Shown here: piece after piece, positions 30,510 to 38,072 of the stretch | Layout of the letters: every line of letters begins with the position of its first letter | Numbering within the stretch: position 1 is the first letter of the stretch | NCBI GenBank assembly: GCA_050114555.1 | Contig: JASFSF010000001.1 | Location: forward strand, 1 to 42,442 | DNA length: 42,442 bases | Direction of reading: 5' to 3' | From: Ignavibacteria bacterium | Lineage (GTDB): Bacteria > Bacteroidota > Ignavibacteria > Ignavibacteriales > Ignavibacteriaceae | Position numbers and translations under genes: made by a program | The notes under the pieces: model-generated | Databases searched by the model: none | What the model saw: only the letters and a program-made list of their open reading frames with translations | What the model was told of the DNA's origin: nothing

Positions 30510-30538
30510 GGTTAAATTAATATTAAGTTTGGTAGAAT
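30510..30538 (+). promoter_or_regulatory. promoter candidate GGTTAA-N17-TAGAAT within the conserved box TAAGGTTAAATTAA
   Basis: Second copy of the 14-nt box (30507-30520). TGG precedes TAGAAT (extended -10-like). Upstream of the portal gene. Confidence 0.4.
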
Positions 30539-30568
30539 ATAGTAATTAAATATGTATCAGGGAAACAA

Positions 30569-32533
30569 ATGGCTAAAATAAATAAACAAGAATTGTTGAC
30601 TTCTTTAAAGCAAGATTTTAAAGCATCAGAAGTAATGCAAAAAGAATGGCTTGGTCTTCGTGAACGTTGGGCTAATGAGACTAACGGTGATCCCTATGGT
30701 AACGAAATTAAAGGTAAATCAGCAATAGTATCAAAAGACATTCGTAAGCAAATGGAATGGATGTTACCTTCTTTAGCTGATCCCTTTTTAAGCACTCCTG
30801 ATGTAATTAAATGTAATCCTGTAACATATGAAGATGTTGAAGCAGCTAGACAAAACGAACTTTTGTTAAATACACAATTTTGTAGAAAATTCCCTAGATA
30901 TAACTTTATTATGAAAGCATTACGAGTACTTGCTACTGAAGGTACTGTAATTATACAAACTGGCTGGGATTATGAAGATGAAGAAGTAGAAACTGAAGTA
31001 GAAGTAATTAAGATTAATAATGAAAATCAAGAATATATTGATATTGAGGTAGTTACCGAAACTAAAGTAATTAAAAATCAGCCTACTGCTATTGTTTGCA
31101 GAAATGAAGATATTTTTATTGATCCTACCTGTATGGATGATATGGATAAATGTCAATTTGTAATTCATAGATATGAAACAGATATGAGTACGCTAAAGCA
31201 AGATGGAAGATATAAAAATCTAGATAAGGTTGCAACACTAGACATAAGTAGAGATTCGGATTTTATTCCTGAAGATTTGACTAACTTTAGATTTAAAGAT
31301 AAAGCACGTAAAAAAATAATGGTTCATGAATATTGGGGTAACTATGATGTAGATGGTGACGGTATTGTAGAACCTATTGTTTGTACATGGGTAGGTGATA
31401 CAATCATTCGATTAGAAAGTAATCCTTATCCTGATGAGAAACCTCCTTTTGTAGTAGTACCTTTTAATGCGGTTCCTTTTCAGCTGTTTGGTGAAGCATT
31501 AGCAGCTAATATTGGCGATAATCAAAAAGTAAAAACTGCTATTACTCGTGGACTTATTGACAATATGGCTAAAAGTAATAATGGGCAGATTGGTATGAGA
31601 AAAGGTGCTTTGGATGGAACTAATAGAAAACGCTTTTTAAGTGGTGATAACTTTGAATATAATGGTACACCAAATGATTTCTGGCAAGGTAGTTATAATC
31701 AAATACCCAGTTCTGCATTTAATATGATGGAATTAATGAATAATGAAATTGAAAGTCAAACAGGGGTAAAAAGCTTTAGTGGGGGTATTAGTGGTAATGC
31801 TCTTGGCAACACTGCTACAGGTGCTAGAGGTGCTCTAGACGCTACTGCAACTAGAAGATTAAACCTAGTTAGAAATATTGCAGAGAATTTGATGAAGCCA
31901 TTGTTTAGAAAATGGATGGCATATAATAGTGAATTTCTAGATGAAGAAGAAATAATTAGGGTTACTAATGAGGAATATGTTCCTGTAAGAAGAGATGACT
32001 TAAGTGGTAAATTGGATATTGAAATTGCTATTAGTACAGCAGAAGATAATAGCGCAAAAGCACAAGAACTAAGTTTCTTAATGCAAACTCTTGGAAATAC
32101 TATGCCATTTGATATGACTAAAATGATTATGGGTGAATTTGCTAAATTAAGTAGGATGCCTGCTCTTGAGAAACAAATTAAAGAGTATGAACCACAACCA
32201 GATCCTGCAGCAGAACAAGCTAAGCAACTGGAATTTATGAAATTACAGATGGAAATTGAGAAAATGCGTGCAGATATTGCTGATAAATACGCTCGTGCAG
32301 GAGAAAACCAAATTGATGCAGAACTTAAGAAGAATAAGGCAGCTGTAGAAGCAGCAAAAGCTAGAAAACTTCATAGTGATGCAGATAAAGTAGACTTAGA
32401 TTTTATCGAAAAAGACAATGGTTATAGAGAGCAATATGAGTCGTTAGAGAAAGATAAAGATAGACAACACCAATTACTAATGGCTCAAATTCAAAAAGAA
32501 GCGGGGGACCAAAATATTGGGTTACCAAGATAA
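30569..32533 (+). CDS. portal protein
   Basis: 654 aa, upstream of the scaffold and capsid genes. Charged coiled C-terminal tail. Call by size and synteny. Confidence 0.6.
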   Translation: MAKINKQELLTSLKQDFKASEVMQKEWLGLRERWANETNGDPYGNEIKGKSAIVSKDIRKQMEWMLPSLADPFLSTPDVIKCNPVTYEDVEAARQNELLLNTQFCRKFPRYNFIMKALRVLATEGTVIIQTGWDYEDEEVETEVEVIKINNENQEYIDIEVVTETKVIKNQPTAIVCRNEDIFIDPTCMDDMDKCQFVIHRYETDMSTLKQDGRYKNLDKVATLDISRDSDFIPEDLTNFRFKDKARKKIMVHEYWGNYDVDGDGIVEPIVCTWVGDTIIRLESNPYPDEKPPFVVVPFNAVPFQLFGEALAANIGDNQKVKTAITRGLIDNMAKSNNGQIGMRKGALDGTNRKRFLSGDNFEYNGTPNDFWQGSYNQIPSSAFNMMELMNNEIESQTGVKSFSGGISGNALGNTATGARGALDATATRRLNLVRNIAENLMKPLFRKWMAYNSEFLDEEEIIRVTNEEYVPVRRDDLSGKLDIEIAISTAEDNSAKAQELSFLMQTLGNTMPFDMTKMIMGEFAKLSRMPALEKQIKEYEPQPDPAAEQAKQLEFMKLQMEIEKMRADIADKYARAGENQIDAELKKNKAAVEAAKARKLHSDADKVDLDFIEKDNGYREQYESLEKDKDRQHQLLMAQIQKEAGDQNIGLPR

Positions 32534-32545
32534 AAAGGAGAATAA

Positions 32546-33043
32546 ATGCCAGTAGATATATATAATGATAGTAGTAATTCGATTAGTGGGGAAGCGTCAG
32601 CAGCTGAACAATTAAGAAAACTTAGAAATATGAAGCAAGAAGAAGATGCTAGGAAAGCTATGCAACTAGATCAATTAGTTAAAGCTAGAATTGCTGAACA
32701 AGAAGCGGCAAATCAAATGACTAATGAAGAACGAGTTAGACAAGATGCTATTAGGTCTGTACTAGAAAGAATGAAACAGGCTAAAGGTGGGATGGCTTAT
32801 GAGTCAGTAGCAGGGCAACCTCCAATGGAATATGAACAAGATCAATACGGCACTCCTATTCCTGCAATGCAGAGAAGTACTGGAGAAGTGAATGGTGTTA
32901 GATCAAATGTAGATGAAGTTAGTAATGAGTATTTGCAGGGTAATCCAGCAGCAGGAATGTCACCACAACAAAACCCTATTATCTTGCCAGATGGTAGAGT
33001 AATTGATCCGGGTCTAGCTGAACAGTATGGAAGAGTACGATGA
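32546..33043 (+). CDS. hypothetical head-module protein (165 aa)
   Basis: Track ORF; AAAGGAGAA RBS. Confidence 0.6.
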   Translation: MPVDIYNDSSNSISGEASAAEQLRKLRNMKQEEDARKAMQLDQLVKARIAEQEAANQMTNEERVRQDAIRSVLERMKQAKGGMAYESVAGQPPMEYEQDQYGTPIPAMQRSTGEVNGVRSNVDEVSNEYLQGNPAAGMSPQQNPIILPDGRVIDPGLAEQYGRVR

Positions 33044-33288
33044 TAAAAGAAGAATTATTTCGCAAATTTGATAATGACATTAAAAAGAGATCTAGATTTT
33101 TTAGATTTTTACTAGTATTAGATCAAATGGGAAATGTAGTATTATGGAATGGTTCACAAGATGAAACTATTAGTAGTCATATTGGTAGAAGAATTAAAGA
33201 TAATACTGCTACGTGGTTTGATAAACTAGTTTGTAAAATTCTTAGAAAGTTAGAGACATCTCATTGCTTTAAAAGTATAGGAGAATAG
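33040..33288 (+). CDS. conserved phage protein (82 aa; LDQMGNVVLWNGSQDETISSHIG ... W ... HC motif)
   Basis: Track ORF; ATGA overlap. The motif string recalls a common phage family of unknown function. Confidence 0.55.
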   Translation: MIKEELFRKFDNDIKKRSRFFRFLLVLDQMGNVVLWNGSQDETISSHIGRRIKDNTATWFDKLVCKILRKLETSHCFKSIGE

Positions 33289-33432
33289 ATGGAAACTTAT
33301 GAAGGAGGGTTGGCCCAACAAAGTGTTAAACACTATTATGGCGGTGCAAGTAGTACTCCTAAAAGAAGTTCTTCTCCTATGCGTAAAAAGAGAAAATGTA
33401 AAATAAAAAATAGGAAAAATAATGGAAAATAA
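33289..33432 (+). CDS. 47-aa protein with an extremely basic tail (PMRKKRKCKIKNRKNNGK)
   Basis: Hand translation. The ATG abuts the upstream TAG; overlaps the next gene's start by 11 nt. Confidence 0.45.
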   Translation: METYEGGLAQQSVKHYYGGASSTPKRSSSPMRKKRKCKIKNRKNNGK

Positions 33433-33808
33433 AGAAAAAATTGCTAAGATAGTCGGTATTTTGATGATGAGTCGTACATATGCACATATGGCACATTTGC
33501 GTACATCTAGTTATTCTAAACATATTGCACTAAATGATTTTTATGATGATGAAAGTGATACTGATTTTGATGTTACAGAAATGGCAGATGATTTAGCTGA
33601 AGCAGCACAAGGAATCTGGGGGAAACTAGATATTCCATTTATCCCTTTAAAAGGAGATGTTGAAGATCCAATTGACGCTCTTGAGACTCATATTATGATG
33701 ATTGAAAATTTGTCTAAAAGTTGTAAACATCCCTTTATTGATAATATAATTCAAGAGATTCAAAAATTATATTATCAAACACTTTATAAACTTAGAGAAC
33801 TAGATTAA
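33422..33808 (+). CDS. Dps/ferritin-like four-helix protein candidate (128 aa)
   Basis: YAHMAHLRTSSYSKHIALNDFYDD ... ADDLAEAAQG. The His-x11-His spacing and a D-x-x-x-E pair resemble the Dps ferroxidase layout. Judged by eye only. Confidence 0.35.
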   Translation: MENKEKIAKIVGILMMSRTYAHMAHLRTSSYSKHIALNDFYDDESDTDFDVTEMADDLAEAAQGIWGKLDIPFIPLKGDVEDPIDALETHIMMIENLSKSCKHPFIDNIIQEIQKLYYQTLYKLRELD

Positions 33809-33821
33809 AAGGAGGTATGTT

Positions 33822-33869
33822 ATGGCATGTAAAACGAAGAAAAAAGGCACTGGAAAGAAAGGTAAATAA
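33822..33869 (+). CDS. 15-codon Lys-rich upstream ORF (MACKTKKKGTGKKGK)
   Basis: AAGGAGG lies 6 nt upstream (best spacing in this region). Its TAA stop is 1 nt before the ATG at 33871. Confidence 0.3.
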   Translation: MACKTKKKGTGKKGK

Positions 33870-33870
33870 T

Positions 33871-34074
33871 ATGGCTGATAAGAAAAAAAGTGGTATTCAT
33901 ATTAAACCAGAACGAAAGGGTTTATTTACGCAGTACTGTAAATCAAAAGGTTATGGTTCTGTAACTGATTCTTGTATTAGTGAAGGACTTGCTAGTAAAT
34001 CTGCAGCAGTACGTAAACGAGCAAATTTTGCTAAGGTAAGTAAAAGCTGGAAAAAAACAGGCCCTAAATCTTAG
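33871..34074 (+). CDS. small basic protein (67 aa; KGLFTQYCKSKGYGSVT ... AVRKRANFAKVSKSWKK)
   Basis: Track ORF 33817..34074 trimmed: the ATG at 33817 is only 1 nt from GGAGG, so the ATG at 33871 is preferred. Confidence 0.5.
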   Translation: MADKKKSGIHIKPERKGLFTQYCKSKGYGSVTDSCISEGLASKSAAVRKRANFAKVSKSWKKTGPKS

Positions 34075-34099
34075 GATTTAAGAATAAATTAAGTATAAT
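34071..34099 (+). promoter_or_regulatory. promoter candidate TTAGGA-N17-TATAAT upstream of the scaffold/capsid genes
   Basis: The -10 lies in the box AAGTATAATAAAGTTA (34091-34106), identical to 255-270. Confidence 0.45.
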
Positions 34100-34164
34100 A
34101 AAGTTAAAATAAACTTAGTTATTACTGATAACTACAAAATCAATAATCGAAAGGAATTAGCCTA

Positions 34165-34503
34165 ATGCTAAATACCCAAGTACCGACTGATATGGTAGAA
34201 AATAAAACAGAAAATGAAATTCTTATGGTTGAGAATGAATATTGGAAGAGCCTATATGAATCTCTTGAACGTCTTAAGAACGGTAATCCCCAACCGGATG
34301 ATTTTAAAAAAGTTATTTTGGATGGTTATTTTAAAGATCGTGCTGTAAATGGTGTAAGTCTTCTTGCAATGGATCGTATTAAACAAATGGGAGCACGCCC
34401 TGACATTATGGAATCACTAGTTTCTATTTCAGCTCTCCAAGATTATTTTATTACTATCGAAAATATGGGATCTATGCCTATTGAAGATGATGATGAGGAA
34501 TAA
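34165..34503 (+). CDS. hypothetical head-module protein (112 aa)
   Basis: Track ORF; AAAGGAA RBS. Confidence 0.6.
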   Translation: MLNTQVPTDMVENKTENEILMVENEYWKSLYESLERLKNGNPQPDDFKKVILDGYFKDRAVNGVSLLAMDRIKQMGARPDIMESLVSISALQDYFITIENMGSMPIEDDDEE

Positions 34504-34507
34504 TTAG

Positions 34508-35665
34508 ATGGCTAATTATACTGATGATCAATTATGGAATATGAGTGATGATGAGCTAGAGGCAGCTTTTAAAGAAGCTTCTGCTCAAGAACAGTCACCT
34601 GAGACTGCAATTGAAGAAGATTTTGAAGATATAGAAGTAGAAGAAGAAACAGATAGTACGGAAGACTTGGAACAACCCATCGATGATGAGGATTCCGATG
34701 ATGATACTAGTTCTGATGATGATGATGAGGAAGAAGATTCTGAAGAAGATTCGGAAACAGATGAAAGTGAACCTGACGAGGAACAAGATTCTGAAGATGA
34801 GCAAACTACTGAAGAAGATGATAAATCAGAAGATGAAGAACAACCAGTACTTCGAAAATATCGTGCAAATGGCAAAGAGTATGAGTTTTCAGATGATGAG
34901 ATTTTTGAAAAGTTTGGTCAAGTATTTGGTCAAGCAATGAATTATACTCAGAAGATGCAACAAATTAAGCCTTGGCGTAAAACGATTGATGCGATTGAAC
35001 AAGCAAATCTAAGTCAAGATGATGTTAATTTGGCTATTGATGTACTGAAGGGTGATAAAGATGCAATTGCTTCATTACTAAAAAGAACAGGCGTAGATGC
35101 CCTCGAATTAGATGTAGACAATTCAGAATATCAACCAAAGGATTATGGTCGGAATGAGACTGAACTAGCGATCAAAGATATTGTTGATGAGATTAAAGGT
35201 GATAAAGAATATGATACTACGTATGATATTCTTGAGTCAAAATGGGATAGTAAGAGCAGAAGCGAATTTATTGATAATCCTGAATTGATTCGTCAATTGC
35301 ATATCGATGTAAAAAGTGGTATGTTTGATACTATCGCACCTATGGCTAATAAACTTAAAGTTTATGATGGTGGTAAAAAGAGTGATCTTGATTACTACAA
35401 AGAAGCAGCTGGACAATACTTTGAAAAACTAGGTCAAGAAGAAGCACGACTGGAAAAAACTGAACAGGCAGAGATTGCAAAAGAAAAAATCAGTAAAGTA
35501 AAAGCTGATACAGAAAAACGAAAAGCAACTAAGTCAGCTTCAGTTAAAAGAAAAGCAGCTGCCCCAACCAAAAAAGTTAGTGGGGTTAAAAAAAGAACTG
35601 ATTATTTAGATGCTTCTGACGAAGAATTTGATGATTGGTATAATAAACTAATGGATGCCCATTAA
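34508..35665 (+). CDS. scaffolding protein candidate with a hyper-acidic D/E/S N-terminal third
   Basis: 385 aa, immediately upstream of the capsid gene. Acidic low-complexity region, then a helical Lys-rich C-terminus. Confidence 0.6.
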   Translation: MANYTDDQLWNMSDDELEAAFKEASAQEQSPETAIEEDFEDIEVEEETDSTEDLEQPIDDEDSDDDTSSDDDDEEEDSEEDSETDESEPDEEQDSEDEQTTEEDDKSEDEEQPVLRKYRANGKEYEFSDDEIFEKFGQVFGQAMNYTQKMQQIKPWRKTIDAIEQANLSQDDVNLAIDVLKGDKDAIASLLKRTGVDALELDVDNSEYQPKDYGRNETELAIKDIVDEIKGDKEYDTTYDILESKWDSKSRSEFIDNPELIRQLHIDVKSGMFDTIAPMANKLKVYDGGKKSDLDYYKEAAGQYFEKLGQEEARLEKTEQAEIAKEKISKVKADTEKRKATKSASVKRKAAAPTKKVSGVKKRTDYLDASDEEFDDWYNKLMDAH

Positions 35666-35679
35666 TAAAGGAAAAATAA

Positions 35680-37014
35680 ATGGCAAACAATCAATATAAC
35701 TCTGGTACTGACGCAACAGTCGGTGCTAATACTATTGTACATTACTACGACCGTGCTGGTGTAAATGCCGCTAACCGTGTTAATGTTTATCAGCAATTTG
35801 CTGATCGTCGGTCTATGCCACAGAAATACGGTAAGACTTTTAAAATTTCTCGTTTTGAGCATATGTATGATCGTTCATTCGATGATGGTGATTTTGCTTC
35901 TAAAGGTTATTTGACTGCTCGTGATATCGCTGATATTAATACAGCACTCACTAATGCTACATTGTCTGAAGGTGCAGGAGCAACTAATCAGCGTACACTT
36001 TCTAAAGTAACATATGAAACTAATTTTTCTCGTTATGGTGAGATGATTGACTATACTGATGAGGTTGATATCTGGTCTGAAGATTATATTCAGGTTAAAT
36101 ACCGTGAAGAACTTGGTGAACTTGCTAACTCTCGTATGGAAGATTTGATTCAGCGTGATATGCTTGGTACAGCTACTGTTCTTTATTCTGGTGCAGCTGC
36201 ATCTATTGAAGATATCGGTATCGCGTCTGCTGATGACGGAAGTGATGATGTTGATTGGGTAGTTTCTTACGATCTTGCTCGTAAATCAGTTCGTAAACTT
36301 GTACGTAACCGTGCTAAGAAAAATACAATGGTTGTTACTGGTTCTACAAAAATTGGTACAACTCCTGTAGCAAAATCCTACTACGCAATTATCGGGGCTG
36401 ATGTTAAGTCTGATCTTGAAACACTTACTCGTGGTACTGATTATGAGAAAGAATATGTATATATTCCGGTCCATAAATATGCTGGTGCTGCAACTATGGC
36501 AGAAGGTGAAGTAGGTTCTATGCATGAAATTCGCTTTATTGAAGCTGAGTCCGCTGCTGTTTACCGTGGTCAGGGTGCTGCTGTTCAAGATGACTATGTA
36601 GGTAACCTTGCTACAACTACTGTAACTAACGGTATTAAAGTCGTTACTGGTGCTGCTGCAAATAACGTTATTCTTGTAAATGGTGTATCTTTCACTGTAG
36701 CTGAAGGTGAAACTCTTAATGTTGCTGCTGATGCTACTCTTGATGTAACTGGTGGTGGTGATCTTTCAGTTGGTGCTGCTACTGATGGTGATCGTTATGA
36801 TGTATTCCCGATTCTTTTCCCGACTGAAGGTGCTTTCGCAACTGTTGGTCTTAAAGGTCTTGAAAAAATCAAGTTTAACGCTAAATCTCCTGCACAAGTT
36901 GAAAATGCTAACCCGTATGGTACTACTGGCTTCTTCAGCTACAACTTCTTCTATGCAGGTATTATCCTTAAAGAAGAAGCACTTCTCAAAACGCTTGTTG
37001 CTGCACGCAACTAA
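35680..37014 (+). CDS. major capsid protein (HK97-fold, N4 gp56-like)
   Basis: 444 aa, highest-quality codon composition. N-terminal YQQFADRRSMPQKYGKTFKISRF resembles the N4-family capsid signature. Follows the scaffold gene. Confidence 0.75.
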   Translation: MANNQYNSGTDATVGANTIVHYYDRAGVNAANRVNVYQQFADRRSMPQKYGKTFKISRFEHMYDRSFDDGDFASKGYLTARDIADINTALTNATLSEGAGATNQRTLSKVTYETNFSRYGEMIDYTDEVDIWSEDYIQVKYREELGELANSRMEDLIQRDMLGTATVLYSGAAASIEDIGIASADDGSDDVDWVVSYDLARKSVRKLVRNRAKKNTMVVTGSTKIGTTPVAKSYYAIIGADVKSDLETLTRGTDYEKEYVYIPVHKYAGAATMAEGEVGSMHEIRFIEAESAAVYRGQGAAVQDDYVGNLATTTVTNGIKVVTGAAANNVILVNGVSFTVAEGETLNVAADATLDVTGGGDLSVGAATDGDRYDVFPILFPTEGAFATVGLKGLEKIKFNAKSPAQVENANPYGTTGFFSYNFFYAGIILKEEALLKTLVAARN

Positions 37015-37019
37015 TCTCT

Positions 37020-37038
37020 GAGGGAGTTAAGCTCCCTC
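37020..37038 (+). terminator. perfect 7-bp hairpin GAGGGAG-TTAAG-CTCCCTC 6 nt after the capsid stop (no U tract)
   Basis: Read directly. Both arms carry the CTCCCT core of the R boxes. Confidence 0.5.
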
Positions 37039-37043
37039 TAATG

Positions 37044-37059
37044 TAACTATAGTTATAAT
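37044..37059 (+). promoter_or_regulatory. palindrome TAACTATAGTTA overlapping the -10 hexamer TATAAT (37054-37059)
   Basis: Read directly. Shares ACTATAGT with the palindrome at 15300-15311. Confidence 0.35.
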
Positions 37060-37097
37060 TCTAATATAAACAAAACAACCTAAAAGGATTTTGAAAA

Positions 37098-37622
37098 ATG
37101 TCAGAAACTCGTGACGAACTTAAACAAGAAGCTGATGATCTAGGTATTAAATATAGCCCTAACATCCGTGACGAAAAACTTAAAGAAAAGATTGAGACAT
37201 ATTACAAGTCACAAGAGACTTCAGCAAAAGAAATCGAAGAAGCAGTTGAAGCTAAAGAACAATCTGAAGTGAAACCTGCTGTGACTAGTAAAAAGAAAAA
37301 GCCTATGAGTGCATTGGCTAAAGAAATGTATGATAATGCTAAAAAAACAGTTGTAGTAACAATTATTGATAATGACCAACGTGTTAATAATCAAACATCC
37401 ACATGTAAAGTTAATTGGACAAATGTTTATTATGACATGGGAACACGTATTTTTCCATTGAATACTCCGATTGAAATTCCGCAAGGATTTGTTCAAGTAC
37501 TTAAAAAAGTGGAAATTCCCCATCATACAAAAGATTCTCGTACAGGTCTTTCAAAAACTACTATGCGTCCTCGTTATACTATTCAACAGGAAAACGAGTT
37601 GACTGCTCAAAAAAATCTCTAA
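37098..37622 (+). CDS. head-associated protein with an N-terminal HeH/Rho-N-like motif (174 aa)
   Basis: ELKQEADDLGIKYSPNIRDEKLKEKI fits the helix-extended-helix pattern. AAAAGGA RBS. Confidence 0.5.
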   Translation: MSETRDELKQEADDLGIKYSPNIRDEKLKEKIETYYKSQETSAKEIEEAVEAKEQSEVKPAVTSKKKKPMSALAKEMYDNAKKTVVVTIIDNDQRVNNQTSTCKVNWTNVYYDMGTRIFPLNTPIEIPQGFVQVLKKVEIPHHTKDSRTGLSKTTMRPRYTIQQENELTAQKNL

Positions 37623-37638
37623 GAGGTATTCCTCTTAG
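37619..37638 (+). terminator. perfect 8-bp hairpin CTAAGAGG-TATT-CCTCTTAG enclosing the stop codon
   Basis: Read directly; no U tract follows. Confidence 0.4.
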
Positions 37639-37694
37639 TAGATATACCTAGATACATAATGTGTATTTAGATATGAATATAAAGAGGTTTAAAA

Positions 37695-38072
37695 ATGACT
37701 ATTCCTAAAGGTTCTGAATATAGCTTTATTATTACTGTGGTTGAAAAAGATTCATTTCTTCCACAGGATCTTACTAATATAGATCTAGGTAATACAGTTT
37801 TTAAACTTACTAAACTAAGTGATCTTTGTGATGTAACGGCAGGAACTATTACAATTACTGTAGAAGATGCTTTAAACGGGAAGTTAAAAGTAGTTTTGGA
37901 TAGCACTTTGACTGATTCTTTAGATACAGATAGAGGAGATGCAGTAGATAATTACTATTTAAAACCTGTTTATCAAGGATTTATTAAAATAGTATTTACT
38001 GATAGTACTCCTATAAGAACTGCTATTGTTGATAAGATATATGTAATCTCAACAGGAGAGACATGTGCTTGA
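37695..38072 (+). CDS. small beta-rich virion protein (125 aa)
   Basis: Track ORF; AAGAGG RBS. Confidence 0.55.
   Translation: MTIPKGSEYSFIITVVEKDSFLPQDLTNIDLGNTVFKLTKLSDLCDVTAGTITITVEDALNGKLKVVLDSTLTDSLDTDRGDAVDNYYLKPVYQGFIKIVFTDSTPIRTAIVDKIYVISTGETCA

Noticed and set aside
33817-33870. The 85-aa form of the basic protein starting at the ATG at 33817
   Set aside because: GGAGG ends only 1 nt before this ATG. The ATG at 33822 (15-codon uORF) has ideal spacing, and the ATG at 33871 follows its stop by 1 nt. The longer form remains a possible alternative.
34585-34940. Three ORFs (34585..34875 minus, 34595..34804 minus, 34683..34940 plus) overlapping the scaffold gene
   Set aside because: They are alternative-frame readings of the GAT/GAA/GAG/TCT-rich acidic repeat (poly-Ser, poly-Ile/Phe, Met/Lys runs). 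The in-frame D/E-rich scaffold reading is continuous with a normal C-terminal domain.
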